64,000 nucleotides of DNA, taken from NCBI GenBank assembly GCA_951406725.2, contig OX597833.1, positions 67,890,001 through 67,954,000 on the forward strand, read 5' to 3'. This document shows, in pieces, positions 30,816 through 44,945 of the stretch (its first letter is position 1; every line of letters begins with the position of its first letter). The notes beneath the pieces were generated by a model. It was given only the letters and a program-made list of their open reading frames with translations, had not been told where the DNA came from and searched no databases. Source of the DNA: Octopus vulgaris (Eukaryota). The position numbers were made by a program, and so were the translations under genes.

Positions 30816-31619
30816 TGAGTTTATATGTATATATGAGTATGCATGAATATATAGTCTCTTAAATGTATGTGTATATATATATATATACACATACACTCAC
30901 ACCACACGTATGTATCTGTACATGCGCATGCGTGTGTGGTGTTAGAATGTACTTAGTAAGAAAATCAATAACACGAAGAAGAGCGCCAGTCAAGTTGTCA
31001 GAAAGAGCACGCTACATCACCGGGCTAATTGCCTTGCCACATCTTAAGAATCGGTCCTGTTATTTCGAATTAAAATCTATCCAGATTCAACTTTGACATT
31101 TATCTTTGGGGGAGGGAGGGTCGATATTAACAAAAAAAAAAGAAAAGAAAAGAAAGAAAAAATGAACAAGAGCAACGACAACAAGTCAGGAGAACAGAAC
31201 CGGTCCATATAATCAGCTCCGTTTGACTCACACTACACTGTCTTGGCTTTGTGCCAAAAACTTCATTGAAATCGTGGCTGTTGCGACTGCGGCGACTCCA
31301 TGTTCATACAATATCTTCGTAGCACATCACCATTTGACAGGTTCGTTTCATTAAATACTCTCTTGGGTGGGTGGGAGGGATATTAATACTTAATTACACA
31401 CACCCCTTCGCACACACACACACACTTATATTTTACCTGTTTCAGTCATTGGGTTACGGTCATGCTAGAGCACCGCGTTGAAAAATGTTTAGTTGAATAA
31501 CTCAACTTCAGTACATGTTTTCAAAGTCTAGCGTTTATTGTATTCAGTTCTCTTATTTCACCTTCTAATTTTACCGAGGAAAGTTCTGCTTCTCTCTCTC
31601 TGTCTCTGATATTAGCCAC

Positions 31620-31779
31620 TATACACATTTTTCTCTCCTTGTTTTTCTGTGTCCCTTTCTGTAGAAGAGCGTAGGCTTGAACCGTAAAAGACTTTTTCTA
31701 TTCCTGAGCGTCATACTAATACATCTGTTTGTTTTGTACACCACCTGTCTTCGTCTTTTGTTTTTTTCGTGAACTCTCC

Positions 31780-31780
<1 letters not shown>
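31620..31780 (+). mobile_element. Short Penelope-like terminal-repeat fragment with degenerate hammerhead (31655-31690), ending in (TA)n
   Basis: cuuu-CUGUAGA-a-gagc-guag-gcuu-GAAC-cg-UA-aaag. Stems I and II are retained but the core carries substitutions. A T-rich tail runs into (TA)n. Confidence 0.45.
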
Positions 31781-31827
<47 letters not shown>

Positions 31828-31833
<6 letters not shown>

Positions 31834-31852
31834 ACTGCTTGTAACGCAAAAT

Positions 31853-31896
<44 letters not shown>

Positions 31897-31919
31897 TTGT
31901 ACTGCTTGTAACGCAAAAT

Positions 31920-31970
<51 letters not shown>

Positions 31971-32015
31971 ACTGCTTGTAACGCAAAATACAAATATATA
32001 TATATATATATATAT
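31828..32015. repeat. Three copies of ttgtactgcttgtaacgcaaaatacaaa separated by (TA)n
   Basis: Identical 28-mers at ~31830, 31897 and 31966. Confidence 0.92.
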
Positions 32016-33724
32016 ATTTTTCAAATACACACGCACACATATATATACATATGGTGTGTATCTGTATATGTTTGTGTACAAATCATTTATGCGTTGCCAG
32101 CATAAATGATATCAGTAACGTCGCATATCCCAGATTCGAGCTGATATGTCTTCGAGCAACTCATCACTTTCTGCGTTTAACAGTTGTCTTCATATATAAC
32201 ATCAATTTTTTAACGTCTATGATTAATGTAATATCGGTGTCGTTAATTCTAGTGACTATTTTTCAGACAGAGTAAGCTCCGTTGATGGCAGCAGTATGAA
32301 AATGTCGAATCTTTAGTCTATACAGCTGTGCATTGTATGTAAAACCCCGATGGTAAATAAGCACGATTGAAAAAGAAGTAGAGCTCTTTCTGAAGATGCG
32401 TTATTCTTCACACTTTCTAGCTGTTGCTTTGTTTGATAGCATAGAAATGATTAGGTGCACTGATATAAAATTTCAAGTAGGTTTTCATAAATTTATCAGC
32501 ATAAATATTGAAACTTACCGTTATGTGTTGAGAGCTTTTCTGTTAGGTCTATACTGCGATGCATGTGTGTTTGCATGTATCTATGTAGGTACGTATGTGT
32601 GAATATATAAATATTCACCGACATGTGTCTGTTTACATGTGCGTGTTTATCCTGAGCATCTGTGAGTGTTGATGTCTGTCTTTGAACAATTATTGGTGAT
32701 CACATTTTACACTTCTCTCATTTGACAGACACAACATATTTAATGCATAATGCAATATGAGAAAGGAAAAAACCACCACCACTATTACTACTGTTACTAC
32801 TACTATTATTATTATTACTATTGCTGTTAACAATATCAAATAAACAATCAATTTATCAATCTATAATTCTGAAATTGGTAATAGGAACCAAACAAAACAA
32901 AACGTACCAAATTTCGACAAGCCAACTTCACACCTTCACAAAGAAGCCAGAGAAAGTGGAAAGCTAATAGGAATTGGGTGTTTTTGCAGTTTGCATAGCG
33001 AACGGTTATCAACGAGGTTGGGTTTCGTCTGGGGTTGGTGGGGCGGAAGAAAATATTTCCTGGAAAACGAGAAACGAGGCACGAAGTGTTTTTATTGTGT
33101 TGATGTGTCGTATAATTGGTTTTACTCGGTAGAGACCGAACGAACGAACGAACGAGCGACCGATCTAGGCCATACAATATGGCTGCTGTCTGCTGGTTTT
33201 ATTATGTACGTTCATGAATTGTACGAAAGTTAAAATTTATGGAATATTGATAAAGTGTCGCATATGTAAAGTGTTAAACAAATAAACGAACATGGTTTTA
33301 AATGTGTATTTACGTGTTATGAACCACAATCATAATGTGTTAGTGCTTTTATAAACATATATATGTATCTGTGCATGTACTTTCTCTTGCGGTGTCGGTG
33401 GTGCAAAGTGATATATGCTTGTGACTGCTTCAGAAGTGTTAATGTTCCAATTGGGTGTGAGTTTGAATTAAGAGAGACACATAATGCAGATTGTTGTTAA
33501 ACTTTAGTGGAAAAATTATTGCCGTTTTAATGTGTGTCTGGCTACATGTGTTAAATATGTATTTATGAATGCAAGTATGACTGTTTTATTGTTTTATGGC
33601 TGGATGCTCGGACGGAGAGACGGAAGTTATACATGTAGGCGTGTATGCATGTGCATGCATGTGCACACTTACACTCACATATAAAATATATACATACATA
33701 TATGTGTACAGACATCTAGACGTG

Positions 33725-33766
<42 letters not shown>

Positions 33767-33848
33767 ACTTACGTTTTCATATGGTGGTACTTCGATCGAC
33801 ATTTCGACAAAAATGTATTATGTCCACACACAAACGTGTGTGCAAGTA

Positions 33849-33886
<38 letters not shown>

Positions 33887-34414
33887 CAGGGTGAATACTT
33901 GATAACTGTAAGCACCTGTATATGCCAGTTAGTGGTGTAGGTGATAGGGTATATTTATCAAAAGAAAAACAGGATGCAAAGGATTTAGCGGTATATATGT
34001 TTCTGGCTTTATTGCACAGTTTATATCAATGCATAATTGATGTAATATGTATGTCAATAACCTTCTTCAGTCGCGCACAATTACCACACCAAAGACATGT
34101 ATTACATTATATATATATTTGTGTGTGTAAATATGTATGTATAAATATGTATATACAATCTAGTTTTTCGATTAGTAAACATTATTATTGAGTGCGAGAG
34201 CAGTTCATGATTTCAAAGTGACGCAGGAGTATAAATGTACGATGTCCAATATACTCATCATGACTACCTGTCTCGTAACGTTACATCATGCACATGCATC
34301 ACAACCATATGTGTGCAACATGGTGGTCTCATATCAGGATAAACAGCGCGTGACGTTGCAGGTGAAGCCCAGTTAATATCTTCCTTAGGTCGAGTAGCCA
34401 ATGCCGCACAAAAT

Positions 34415-35790
34415 GCTTCGAAGTATATACTGACCAATGCAGAGGCTTCTGGTTCCACCGCTCCTCAATTTGTGTCTGTCTGTGCTTATTTGCAGTCTGA
34501 TCCATTTTACGCTTTGCCAGTCAGTGGTTTCAGTTTCTTCATGTAACTCAACTCAAGGTTAATGCCAAGTTCCCTTGTTAATTGGCAAGCTTCCTTGACA
34601 ACAGAATGTAATCCTTTGCAGCTCTCGCGTTTGCACACAAGCTGCGGCATCCAGTCATCTGTACCAAATAAGAACCTGTTCATTGCTATTGTGAAGTTCT
34701 TATAGCCCAGTTCCACCTGCATCATTCATCTTCCCTCATTACTTTTTATTAGGTACAGACGCTCAATGTCTGCTTTTGGGCGGTGCATGTCTTAGATATT
34801 AGTAGTTTTCTTGTCTTCCTGTCCAGGCGTTGGAGTTCTGTAAGATTCCAGTAAACGATATAACTATGCGGAGAAAATACCTGGAGAAAGACATCATGCT
34901 CGGAATGGTCAGTGGCAAGAGAAGAAGAGGCCGACCAAGAAGCCGCTGGCTTGACACCATCAAGAGTGATACCGGAATGGACATAGCCAATCTGAAAGAA
35001 GCGGCCCATGATAGAACTGACTGGAGGACACTGATCCAACGAGTGACCGAGAGTCGACTTCGACTAAGCGGTTAGAGAGAGATATTGGACTACTGGAAGT
35101 GCCAGGCTGTTAATGGCTTCGATACGATGTTTGGAGATGAGTTCAGATTTTAGTCTTATTCTCCTGTAATACACCTTTCTTTTTTATTTATTCCTTCATA
35201 GTAGCATTGCTGTATACCATCTCCTTAGTTTATCCCCAGGTATTTATAGCTTTCTTGTGGCTCAAGCACCTTGATGGTAGTGTCTGTATCTAATTTGATG
35301 GAAGCTGTTTGCTTGAGCTTGCCTTATACAAAAGTTTCTTTAGCTCACTTACCAAGGCCAAATGCCATCCCGATGCCATTGCCGAACTCTTTAACAGTTG
35401 TAAACATCCTTGCTAGCTCTTCGTCATTTACAGCAAACAGCTGTAGATCCTCCATATAAAACAGATGGTTTACTATAATATCATAAATTTTGGATCCATA
35501 CCTGGTGTTATTCAGTTCGTTTCAGAGTGGGACCAGAGCCATGCAAATGGTGTATGAATCACCCTGAAAGATGCCTCATTTGATATTGATGTTATAGATT
35601 GACTCATCCCACTACTGCAGTTTAGGAGGAGACGTATATTACACTCGGCCAAGCTACCTTGTAAGAATTTGGAGGCTACAGGAGAGATCTTATATATCTC
35701 AAGCTAATTATGTAGGACAATATCAAACGCTTTATTGTAGTCTATCTTTGCCATATTCAGGTTTATTCTTGTTGCTCCGGCAATTATCTA
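34415..35790 (-). mobile_element. Decayed Dong/R4-like LINE RT fragment (frameshifts and stops), interrupted by a BovB-like insertion
   Basis: Minus-strand peptides in order: IDYNKAFD (~35722-35745), IFQGDS, NHLFYMEDLQLFA, DIGM-like GMAFGLGK, YKYLG, AINSLALPVVQY|SYIVYWNLTELQRLDRKTRKLL, HRPKADIERLYL, WNQKPLH. Confidence 0.8.
34866..35081 (+). mobile_element. 3' end of an RTE/BovB-like LINE with (AG)n tail
   Basis: LEKDIMLGMVSGKRRRGRPRSRWLDTIKSDTGMDIANLKEAAHDRTDWRTLIQRVTESRLRLSG* matches the characteristic BovB C-terminal pattern. Confidence 0.88.
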
Positions 35791-36048
35791 CAATAATTTT
35801 ATTATTATTATTGTAATTTACCAATTTAATTAGCCCTGTGCTATGACGTTTATTGCTATCCCTAATTGAAGAATAATGATTGGCGCATCCTCTTCACAGT
35901 TATCTAAGATAATTTCCAGTGTAGAAGTAGACATCGGTACCGCAAAAAATTTTACATTGGTATATAGAATTCCTGATCTTAGAATTATTAGACATAAACT
36001 TGAATCTGTTGGGGTCGTCCTCAGAGGCCAAAACTATTTTTTAATTGC

Positions 36049-36087
<39 letters not shown>

Positions 36088-36660
36088 ATTTATTTACAAT
36101 GAAAGAAACTATTATATAGTATAACAGATGTGATGTCAAAACACAATTCCATTATTAATGGTAGACTTAAAGGTATATGTTGATTCCTGTTTTTCCTGTA
36201 TATATTCAAGGCAAGGTATCTTCTATCACTGCCGTGTGTGTGACTCGAATCATACAAAATAAAGCTTCAAATATTAATGGCGGATATAAATTGTAAAAAT
36301 GCTGTTAAGTACCTCCACTTGATGAGCCATTATCGCTACTGTTATGTATAAACACGTTTTTACTCTTCTCTTTAAGGTCTTGCCTGTCTGTTAATATCTT
36401 AAGTGAGTATTTGAGTACATGCGTGAGATTGTGATTGGAGTTTTATGTGTAATTAACTCCAATAGAACTGGAATGCGGAGCACGTGCTGCTACCTCTGTG
36501 TGTGTGTGTGTGTGTGGGGGGGGGCTAATTATTATTTGAGCGCTGTATGTTCCTGTATTGATTCGTTTGATTAATTAGTTCCTAGGTATGTGTGTGTATG
36601 CATGTATGTATGTGTGTGAACGTATGTGGTTATATATGTTTATATGTATATATTTATATA

Positions 36661-36692
<32 letters not shown>

Positions 36693-37054
36693 AATGTGTG
36701 TGTGTGTGTGTATAAATATGTATATGTGTGTGTTTGTGTATAAATATGTATATGTGTGTGTTTGTGTATAAATATGTATATGTGCGTGTGTGTGTATAAA
36801 TATGTGTGTGTGTATAAATATGTATGTGTGTGTGTGTGTGTGCATAAATATGTGTGTGTATATATATGTATATATATGTGTGTATATATGTGTATATATG
36901 TATATATATATATATATATGCATGCATATATGTATATATATTCATGTATATATGTGTATATATGTATTAGTATATATTTGTGTGTGTATATATATGCATG
37001 CATATATGTATATATATTCATGTATATTTGTATATATACGTATTAGTATATATT

Positions 37055-37085
<31 letters not shown>

Positions 37086-37126
37086 TTGCGTATATATATA
37101 TATATGTATATGTATATATCGGTATG

Positions 37127-37176
<50 letters not shown>

Positions 37177-37938
37177 AGGAGAGAGAGAGATAAAAAAATA
37201 CCTCAACATATCTATATCTATATATGCATACATTTATATTTCAATATAAATAAATGTATAGCTAACTCTATCTATCTACATGCGCGCGCACACACACGCA
37301 CATTCATATATATATATATACACATACACACACATGCACAAAGAAAAACATATATATATATATTTTATATATACAATACGTATGTATAACGCCAGTTTGT
37401 ACAGACTGATGCAATTTCTGCTATGAAATATTAATAACTATTAGATAAAAGTAGCGACACCTATCGTTCGCCGAATGCTGACCCACATTCTGGCCAGTTG
37501 GCTTGCAGGCTTGCTTTATTTGCTAGCTATTTCAAAGTCTGCTTCCTTTTAATTCTGCCGCAATATAGTGCGGTAATTGCAGCGACAGGAAAGCATACAG
37601 AGACATCTATGAACAAAATGGTATTGCCAACAAGTATGGTACATAACACCAATATATATTGCTATTCACGATTACAGCCACCATATTAAATGGTGTGTGG
37701 AGCTGGTAGTGTGGGAGTTTAATGTGCTCTGCCTCGTGGTTAGAGCGTTCTTCTCCGTAATCTAAGGATCATGGATTCGATTCCCGGATCAGCAGCGCCT
37801 TGTCTTCTCAGGCAAACATTTTATTTCACGTCCTGTGCGTTTGATATCTATGATAATACAAGGGAGTTTATTATGACCAGTGGTGTATAACATCCGATAG
37901 TCTTGTGGACACAGTGTCTGTAAGTGTGTGTGTATACG

Positions 37939-38065
37939 AACCACATGGTTCCGGGTTCAGTCCCACAGCGTGGCACCTTGGACAAGTGTCTTCTACTATA
38001 GCCTCGGGCTGACCAAAGCCTTGTGAGTGGATTTGGTAGACGGAAACTGAAAGAAGCCCGTCGTA

Positions 38066-38144
<79 letters not shown>

Positions 38145-38360
38145 TATATTTGTGTGTATGTGTTTGTCCACCCAACATCGCTTGACAACCGATGCTGGCG
38201 TGTTTACGTCCCCGTAACTTAGCGGTTCGGCAAAAGAGACCGATAGAATAAGTACTAGGCTTACAAAGAATAAGTCCTAGGGTCGATTTGCTCGACTAAA
38301 AGGCGGTGCTCCAGCATGGCCACAGTCAAATGACTGAAACAAATAAGAGTAAAAGAGTAA
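37939..38360 (+). mobile_element. SINE family B (5' tip missing); a second 3'-half copy follows at ~38600-38800
   Basis: Near identical to the reverse complement of 62601-62970. Confidence 0.88.
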
Positions 38361-38571
38361 ATCCTTCATCATATCGCGGTTCACCAATCGTGGGTCATTA
38401 TTTAAGTTTATGTCGATTCCTCCGTGGTATTGTTTTGCATGTATAATAAAAAAAAAATATATACAAATTATAATAATAATAAAAATATAATACAGTACAG
38501 TTTTACTTCATGGATTTTCACCTATCGGGGGAAGTGTTGGAGCGTAACACCCACGATAGTGGAGGGATTAC

Positions 38572-38606
<35 letters not shown>

Positions 38607-39966
38607 GCGTGTTTCTGTTTGTCCCCCCTCCATCGCTTGACAAGCAATGTTGGTGTGTCTACGTCCCCGTAACTTAGCAATTCGGCAAAAGAAACCAATA
38701 CAAGTACTAGTCTTACAGAAAATAAGTTCTCGGGTCGATTTCTTCGACGAAAAGCGGTGCTCCAGAATAGCCGCAGTTACGTGACTGAAATAAATGGAAG
38801 AATGTATATATGATAATATACAATGTTTTGTATATAATACTAGATATGCATTTTGATGAAAATTGTATGAATTAAACTGGAATCTTGAAGCTTGTATTAA
38901 ATGCAGAAGTTTACGAAACAGCTGTAGTCACATGGAATTTATAACCATAATACCTTCTCGTTTTTTAGCATGTGTATGTGTGGTTATATGTGTGCTTGTG
39001 TTTATATGTGTGTGTCTGTGTGTGTGTGGGGGGGCTGTATCACTTCAAATTTGTCCAACGACTGAGGTAAGTAAAGAAGATAGATGAGTCGTAATAGTAA
39101 CGCACAGATTTCGCACGTGGTCTTTTCATTTTGCAACAATTCATTGTGATAAAAATTGATGTAATTTCTCGTTTCAATCCTTGTCGGAAATTCTCGGCGT
39201 AAGTGAATGGAGATTCAATTATAGTCATTTGTATTGGTGTGTTATGGAGATCGTTGAGCGATTGCATTTGCTAGTGTCACGTTCTTAGTAATAATAGCTG
39301 TCACCATTGTACTATATATTTGTATTAAAAACGTATATCTTTTCATTAGCAATACAGACCAAACTAACTTTTGCAAGTAATCCGCTCGAATCGATTGAAT
39401 TGTCTAATCTGTGTTATAGATACGCGTATTATCGACTCTGAATGGCTTAACCAGCAACAAAAAGACATAAAATCTGTCAGCATTCGAAATCGGACCGGAG
39501 ATTAACTGCTTTTATATTATAGATATTTAAATACTCTAGCATTCGTTAGAACAACGTAGAGCTTCTAATCCAGTACGAGAAAGCCTTTAGCTGTCTGTAT
39601 GTATTGCTAGATATAGCAGCCAAATTTCTTTCTTTCAAATAAAAACCATATTCTGTTATTACAAGAAGGCTACAAAAATGGTCAGTGTTAGAAATAGGAA
39701 CGGAGATTTACAAGATCTACATTTTATTATTTAATTATCCTACCATTTCTGACAGCATATAGATTCTGAGCCAAAAAGACAGACTCTAGATGGGCAAACG
39801 ATTAGCTAGATATAGCAGCCAAATTTTTCTCTTGATTCTCTCAAATTACATGATTATATTATTAACATACGAAGTACAAGGCCTTGTTTTAGATGCAGGC
39901 AGAAAGTATGGTCTGGACATGGCTCGCAATGAGCTATTATCAAGTGTCCGCAAGATATTAAGCATA

Positions 39967-40004
<38 letters not shown>

Positions 40005-40007
<3 letters not shown>

Positions 40008-40350
40008 TTTTATTTGTTTCAGTCATTTGACTGCTGCCATTCTGGAGCACCGCTTTTAGTCGAATAAATCGACCCCAAGCGTTATTCTTTGTAAGAGTAG
40101 TACTTGTTCTAACAGTTCTTTTGTCGAACCTCTAAGTTATGGGGTCTTAAACACACCAGCTTCGGTTGTCAAGCGATATTGGGGGACAAATACTCACACA
40201 TATATACGACAGGCTTCTTTCAGTTTCCGTCTTCTAAATTCACTCACAAACTTTGTTCGGCCGGAGGCTATGCCAGAAACACTTGACCACGGTGCCACGC
40301 AGTGGGACTGAACCCAGAACCATGTAGGAAGCAAACTTCTCACCACACAA
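40005..40350 (-). mobile_element. SINE family B
   Basis: Colinear with 62601-63000. Other partial or decayed copies lie at ~360-530, 10533-10670, 16380-16580, 17905-18010, 19960-20100, 25060-25230, 30025-30380, 31435-31530, 42670-42930, 45510-45640 and 63445-63760. Confidence 0.85.
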
Positions 40351-41137
40351 CAACGCTTCAGTGAGAAATCACTGGATTCCATATTTATCGATTTTCCACA
40401 CGGAAAGTTTGAGCGTGATTCTGATGTCTCTGATGACGGCAAGTAATCCGGAACTTCGAAGTCCTATTCATCCTAAACTTTGTAAACAGTTATAGGTGCA
40501 CAGACAAACATACACATAGATTTGAGCATACGTGAGTGAGAGAGACAAACAAAAAAATATATACTAAAACTGTTGTGAATAAAATAAAATGAAAGAAGAA
40601 GAAGAAAGGGGGGAGTTAAGAGAATTAAACAGTCAAAGAAAAAATGAAATAACGTAGACCATGTGACCGACAAAGTCGCTTGCAATAATAAGATGGCTAC
40701 CAGTTCTGCTTGATGAATATTTGTAGAAAGTAGATACGATATTTTCGTTTAAGTTTTATTGTGTTCCAATGTAATTGTGGGATTGTTTCTGAGTGTCAGG
40801 TGGAATACAAGCGAGAAACTGGCGATGTAAAGCACTGAATGATGTGTCTGCGAATTTTGGAAACCTGTAACTGTGATGTGTGAGAGAGAAAATGTTTATG
40901 TATGGAAGCAAGGGATTGTTGCGTATATTAAAGGTGTATGTAAATTGATCAGCTCTCTTTTCTCCCTCTCTCTCTCTTTCTCCTTCTCTTTCTATCTGTC
41001 TATCTAGCTCACCATCCATCAATTTATCCATCTCTACATCCAAAGAAATAACTACCTCTTCATCTCTCCGTCCATGCATATCTGTATATCTGTCCATGTA
41101 TCACTCTATCCATCCTTTCATCCACCTACATACATAC

Positions 41138-41194
<57 letters not shown>

Positions 41195-43719
41195 ACATGA
41201 TAAATGAAAGATGTTACTGAGATTTGTCTTGGGAAATGCGTAGATGAATGCGAGATAGACAAACTCTAAAGTAGCAAGTGAAATCCGATAAAATATGATA
41301 ACCAGGAATGTCTCCAGAGTGTTAGAGACATTGAGATTTACAGCATTATTCCTCCTGATGCCTACATATTCGCAGATAGAATCACACACACAGACACATA
41401 TACAAGAATACTTATCTAAACACACACACACATACACACCCTGCTCAAGCGGATTTCTTCAAGTATAAATATGCATAGACTAAAGTTCACAGCATTAGGA
41501 GCGGTCGTGAAAACATTCGCTGGTTGAATTTCCAAGTTACAGTAACGTAGATATAAAATTTCGACAGATTTCCCATTGTCATTCAACAGTATTTATAATT
41601 TTGACAACGATATTTAAAACGCGACAACTATTTTCGGTCTATATGTAATATACGAGAATATCGTCTGCTAATTCGGTATTCATAAATGCACAGATCGCAA
41701 ACAGATAACTTTCTTGTTGTTTCATGCCGTATGCAAATTTGAACGTGAGCGAACAAGTAATCTACTGGTAATTGAAGGAAACGAAACCATTTCAATACCC
41801 AGGAGGGGAATTTCAATGTGTTAGCAACTCCTGCTGCTTATTTTCTTCTTCATTTCACACGACTTACGGCTAAGACTTTCTTTTAACCAATGAAGTCTTG
41901 GCTCAGCTATTTTATTTGAACCAATCAAGACTTCACTAGTTGTTGGTGTTGAATTAAACGTTTTACTGCTGCAAGCAGATACAACCGCTCAAAATTTGAC
42001 TCCTGTCCTGTGCAGGAAGCAGTTATATATAGCAATCAATGTTTTGATAAAGAATATCATATTTGAAGTTATTTTCTATCGAGATACATCAAATTTTATT
42101 GAGGTACTACGACTTGTAGAAAATACCAATTCCATTTTATAGCAAGTATTTAATTTCATTTCTGGGATAACTATGAAATTTGATTTAGCGATTAATGGGT
42201 TAGCCCTTCAGAAGAGAGGCCTCTTTTGGAACAGAAATTAGCTATATGTAGATAATCGTATGACTATCTAGTGTCTTCATTAGTCAGTTAAGGTGAGACA
42301 GTGTCGCGTGACAACTTGCTGGGGCTGCCTGCTGGAGCCTAGTGTCAGGTATTTAAAGGGAAAAATTTGACAACTCATTTAGTCAGCGGCTGACATTCGC
42401 TGACGATACATCGAAGAGGCCAGGGAACGGAAGAAGACATGCACCCAACACCAGAGCTGAAGACAAATCCGAAAGGCGGTGGGGGAGGGGGGCGCCACGT
42501 CAAGACGTTAGAGGAGTAGGGGCCGAAACCGGACGTGGTTCCTCCTGATGATGTTTGAGCTAGCTAGATCCTATAAAGGAGCTGTTGTGGTATCAAACCA
42601 CGAAACACGGTTGTAATTCCTCACTGGCTCAGAAAATACATGTTGCTATAAACCATTTACTCCTTGCTGCCATTTGACCATAGCCATGCTGAGGTTCGGT
42701 CTTGAAGGGTTTGGTCAAAACAATCGACCCCAGTGCGTATTTTGGAATCCGTGGCTTAATCTATCAGTTGCTTTTGCCGACCTCATATATACACACGATG
42801 GGTTTCCTTATAGTTTCCATCTAACAAATTTATTCATAGATTTGTCAGTCCGAGATGTAGTAGACATTTGCGCAAAATGCTGGGCAGTAGAACGAAAGCG
42901 GAAACACGTGATTACGAAGCGAACTTCTAAAGCATAAAGCATAGATGTATCTGTGTGTATATATACATATATACATACGTAGATGTATATGTACATATAT
43001 AGATGTATATAAACATACAGACATACATAGATGTATATATGTGCATGAATGCTTCTTCTTGCATATATCTACACACATATCTATTCAGATATATACGCAC
43101 ACTGATATATATGTGTGTGTTTAGCTAGTTATATATATATATATGTTGAAAGAATAGATACACGCAGAGAAGATATGAATATGTAGAAAAATCAATAAAG
43201 AATTTGGAAAAAAAAAACTAAGTCGTACCCGCACACACACACACGAACACACTCACATATATGTATGTGTGTGTATATATATATATATATATATACACGT
43301 ATATGCATACGTTTGTGTGTATGTTTGTGAAATAACTATCAATATGTAAGCTATTGAACCCATTCATGAGAAATGTTATATAAATATATTAAATACGAAA
43401 GGTCTTTGTTTGCACAAAACAGCATGTCACGATACAGCGATGATATAATTAGAACAAATATTTGAAACTATCAAAGAAAGACTTGTAAATAACACAAACG
43501 ATTCGATATTCTATTTAAATGCAATATATATATGTAAACAACATCAACTCAATAATTTAAAATGAAATTTTGTCTAAATTCTGACCTTAAATACCTAATG
43601 TTATTGATTTAATATTTCAATATAGAATCTTAAATTGTTTACGTTTCTAGCAGATTTCTTTTGAAATCCCGTATGACATTTGTCTAGAATCTTTCAATTC
43701 TCTACTTCACTGATTGAAT

Positions 43720-43796
43720 CTATATCTATCTCTCTATCTATCTATCTACCTATCTATCTACCTATCTATCTCTGCATATATATATCTCTCTGCCTA

Positions 43797-43830
<34 letters not shown>

Positions 43831-44262
43831 TATATATATATATATATATATATAATCTGCTTATCTCTCTATCCGTCTCTCTCTTTCTGCCTATCTCTCT
43901 ATCCGTCTCTCTCTTCTCCTATCTCTCTATCCGTCTCTCTCTTTCTCTCTCCATTAATTCGTCTCTATCTATCCGTTTCTCCTTCCCTCTGTCTATCCGT
44001 CATTCTCTCACTCTCTCTTCTCACTCTCTCTTCTCTCTGTCTCTCTCTTCTCTCTATCTCTCTCTTCCCTCCATCTCTCTTTCTTCCCTCTGTCTCTCAC
44101 TTCCCTCTGTCTCTCTCTTCCCTCTGATTCTCTCTTCCCTCTGTCTCTGTCTTCCCTCTATCTCTCTCTCTTCCCCTGTCTCTCTCTTTCCCCCGTTTCT
44201 CTCTTCCCTCTGTCTCTCTCTTCCCCCTATCTCTCTCTTCTCACTATCTCTCTCTTCCCTCT
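43720..44262. repeat. Polypyrimidine (CT)-rich low-complexity tract
   Basis: Degenerate ctctcttccctctgt-like units. Confidence 0.9.
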
Positions 44263-44914
44263 ATTAACCCGTTCCTGTAAATATCTACCCATCTCTACTT
44301 TTCGTTGTCCGTGCGCATATATCTATTTATCCATCTGCCTCTATATCTGTTGGTCTCTCTGCCTCTCCGTGTCTACTTCTCTCTATGTATGTATCGACGC
44401 GTTTATACCCAACTAAGTAAAATAAATACGCCCCCCACATGCATACACACACACACACATATATATCTATCAAAGCATATAGATGCATAGCCATATTTTT
44501 ATGATAGCAAAGACAGCTATTATTATATTACATGGTAATCGTGTGTTGACGTACGGAGGGTGGAAATGTAATCGGAGATATGCTTTTGTGCAATATTTCC
44601 CCGTTCTGTGCAATTACGTTTTACTTATATGGATTCTGTACATGTGCAGCTTTGTAGTTAGTCAAAGGCCTGTGTGTGTTATTAAAGTTTGTGTTATTTG
44701 TGGCATTAATACAATATTCTGACGTCAATGACAATATGTTTTACTATTGTGAAATTTCTGTGTGTTTGTCTTAGTTAGAAAACCTATTTCAATAAATAAT
44801 ATATTTTTAAATTACGATTTTGGAAATGTCTTTGAAAATTTTGAGACGTTTAAAGTCTTTTATTGAATTCATTTCAGCGTAAATAAACCACCAGAACGAA
44901 CAGTTACGAATAAT

Positions 44915-44945
<31 letters not shown>

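Noticed and set aside
31828-32015. CRISPR-like 28-bp repeats with spacers
   Set aside because: The spacers are only (TA)n, the context is eukaryotic, and there are no cas genes.
39606-39826. Duplicated 22-mer gctagatatagcagccaaattt
   Set aside because: Probably two decayed copies of another interspersed repeat; boundaries cannot be defined.
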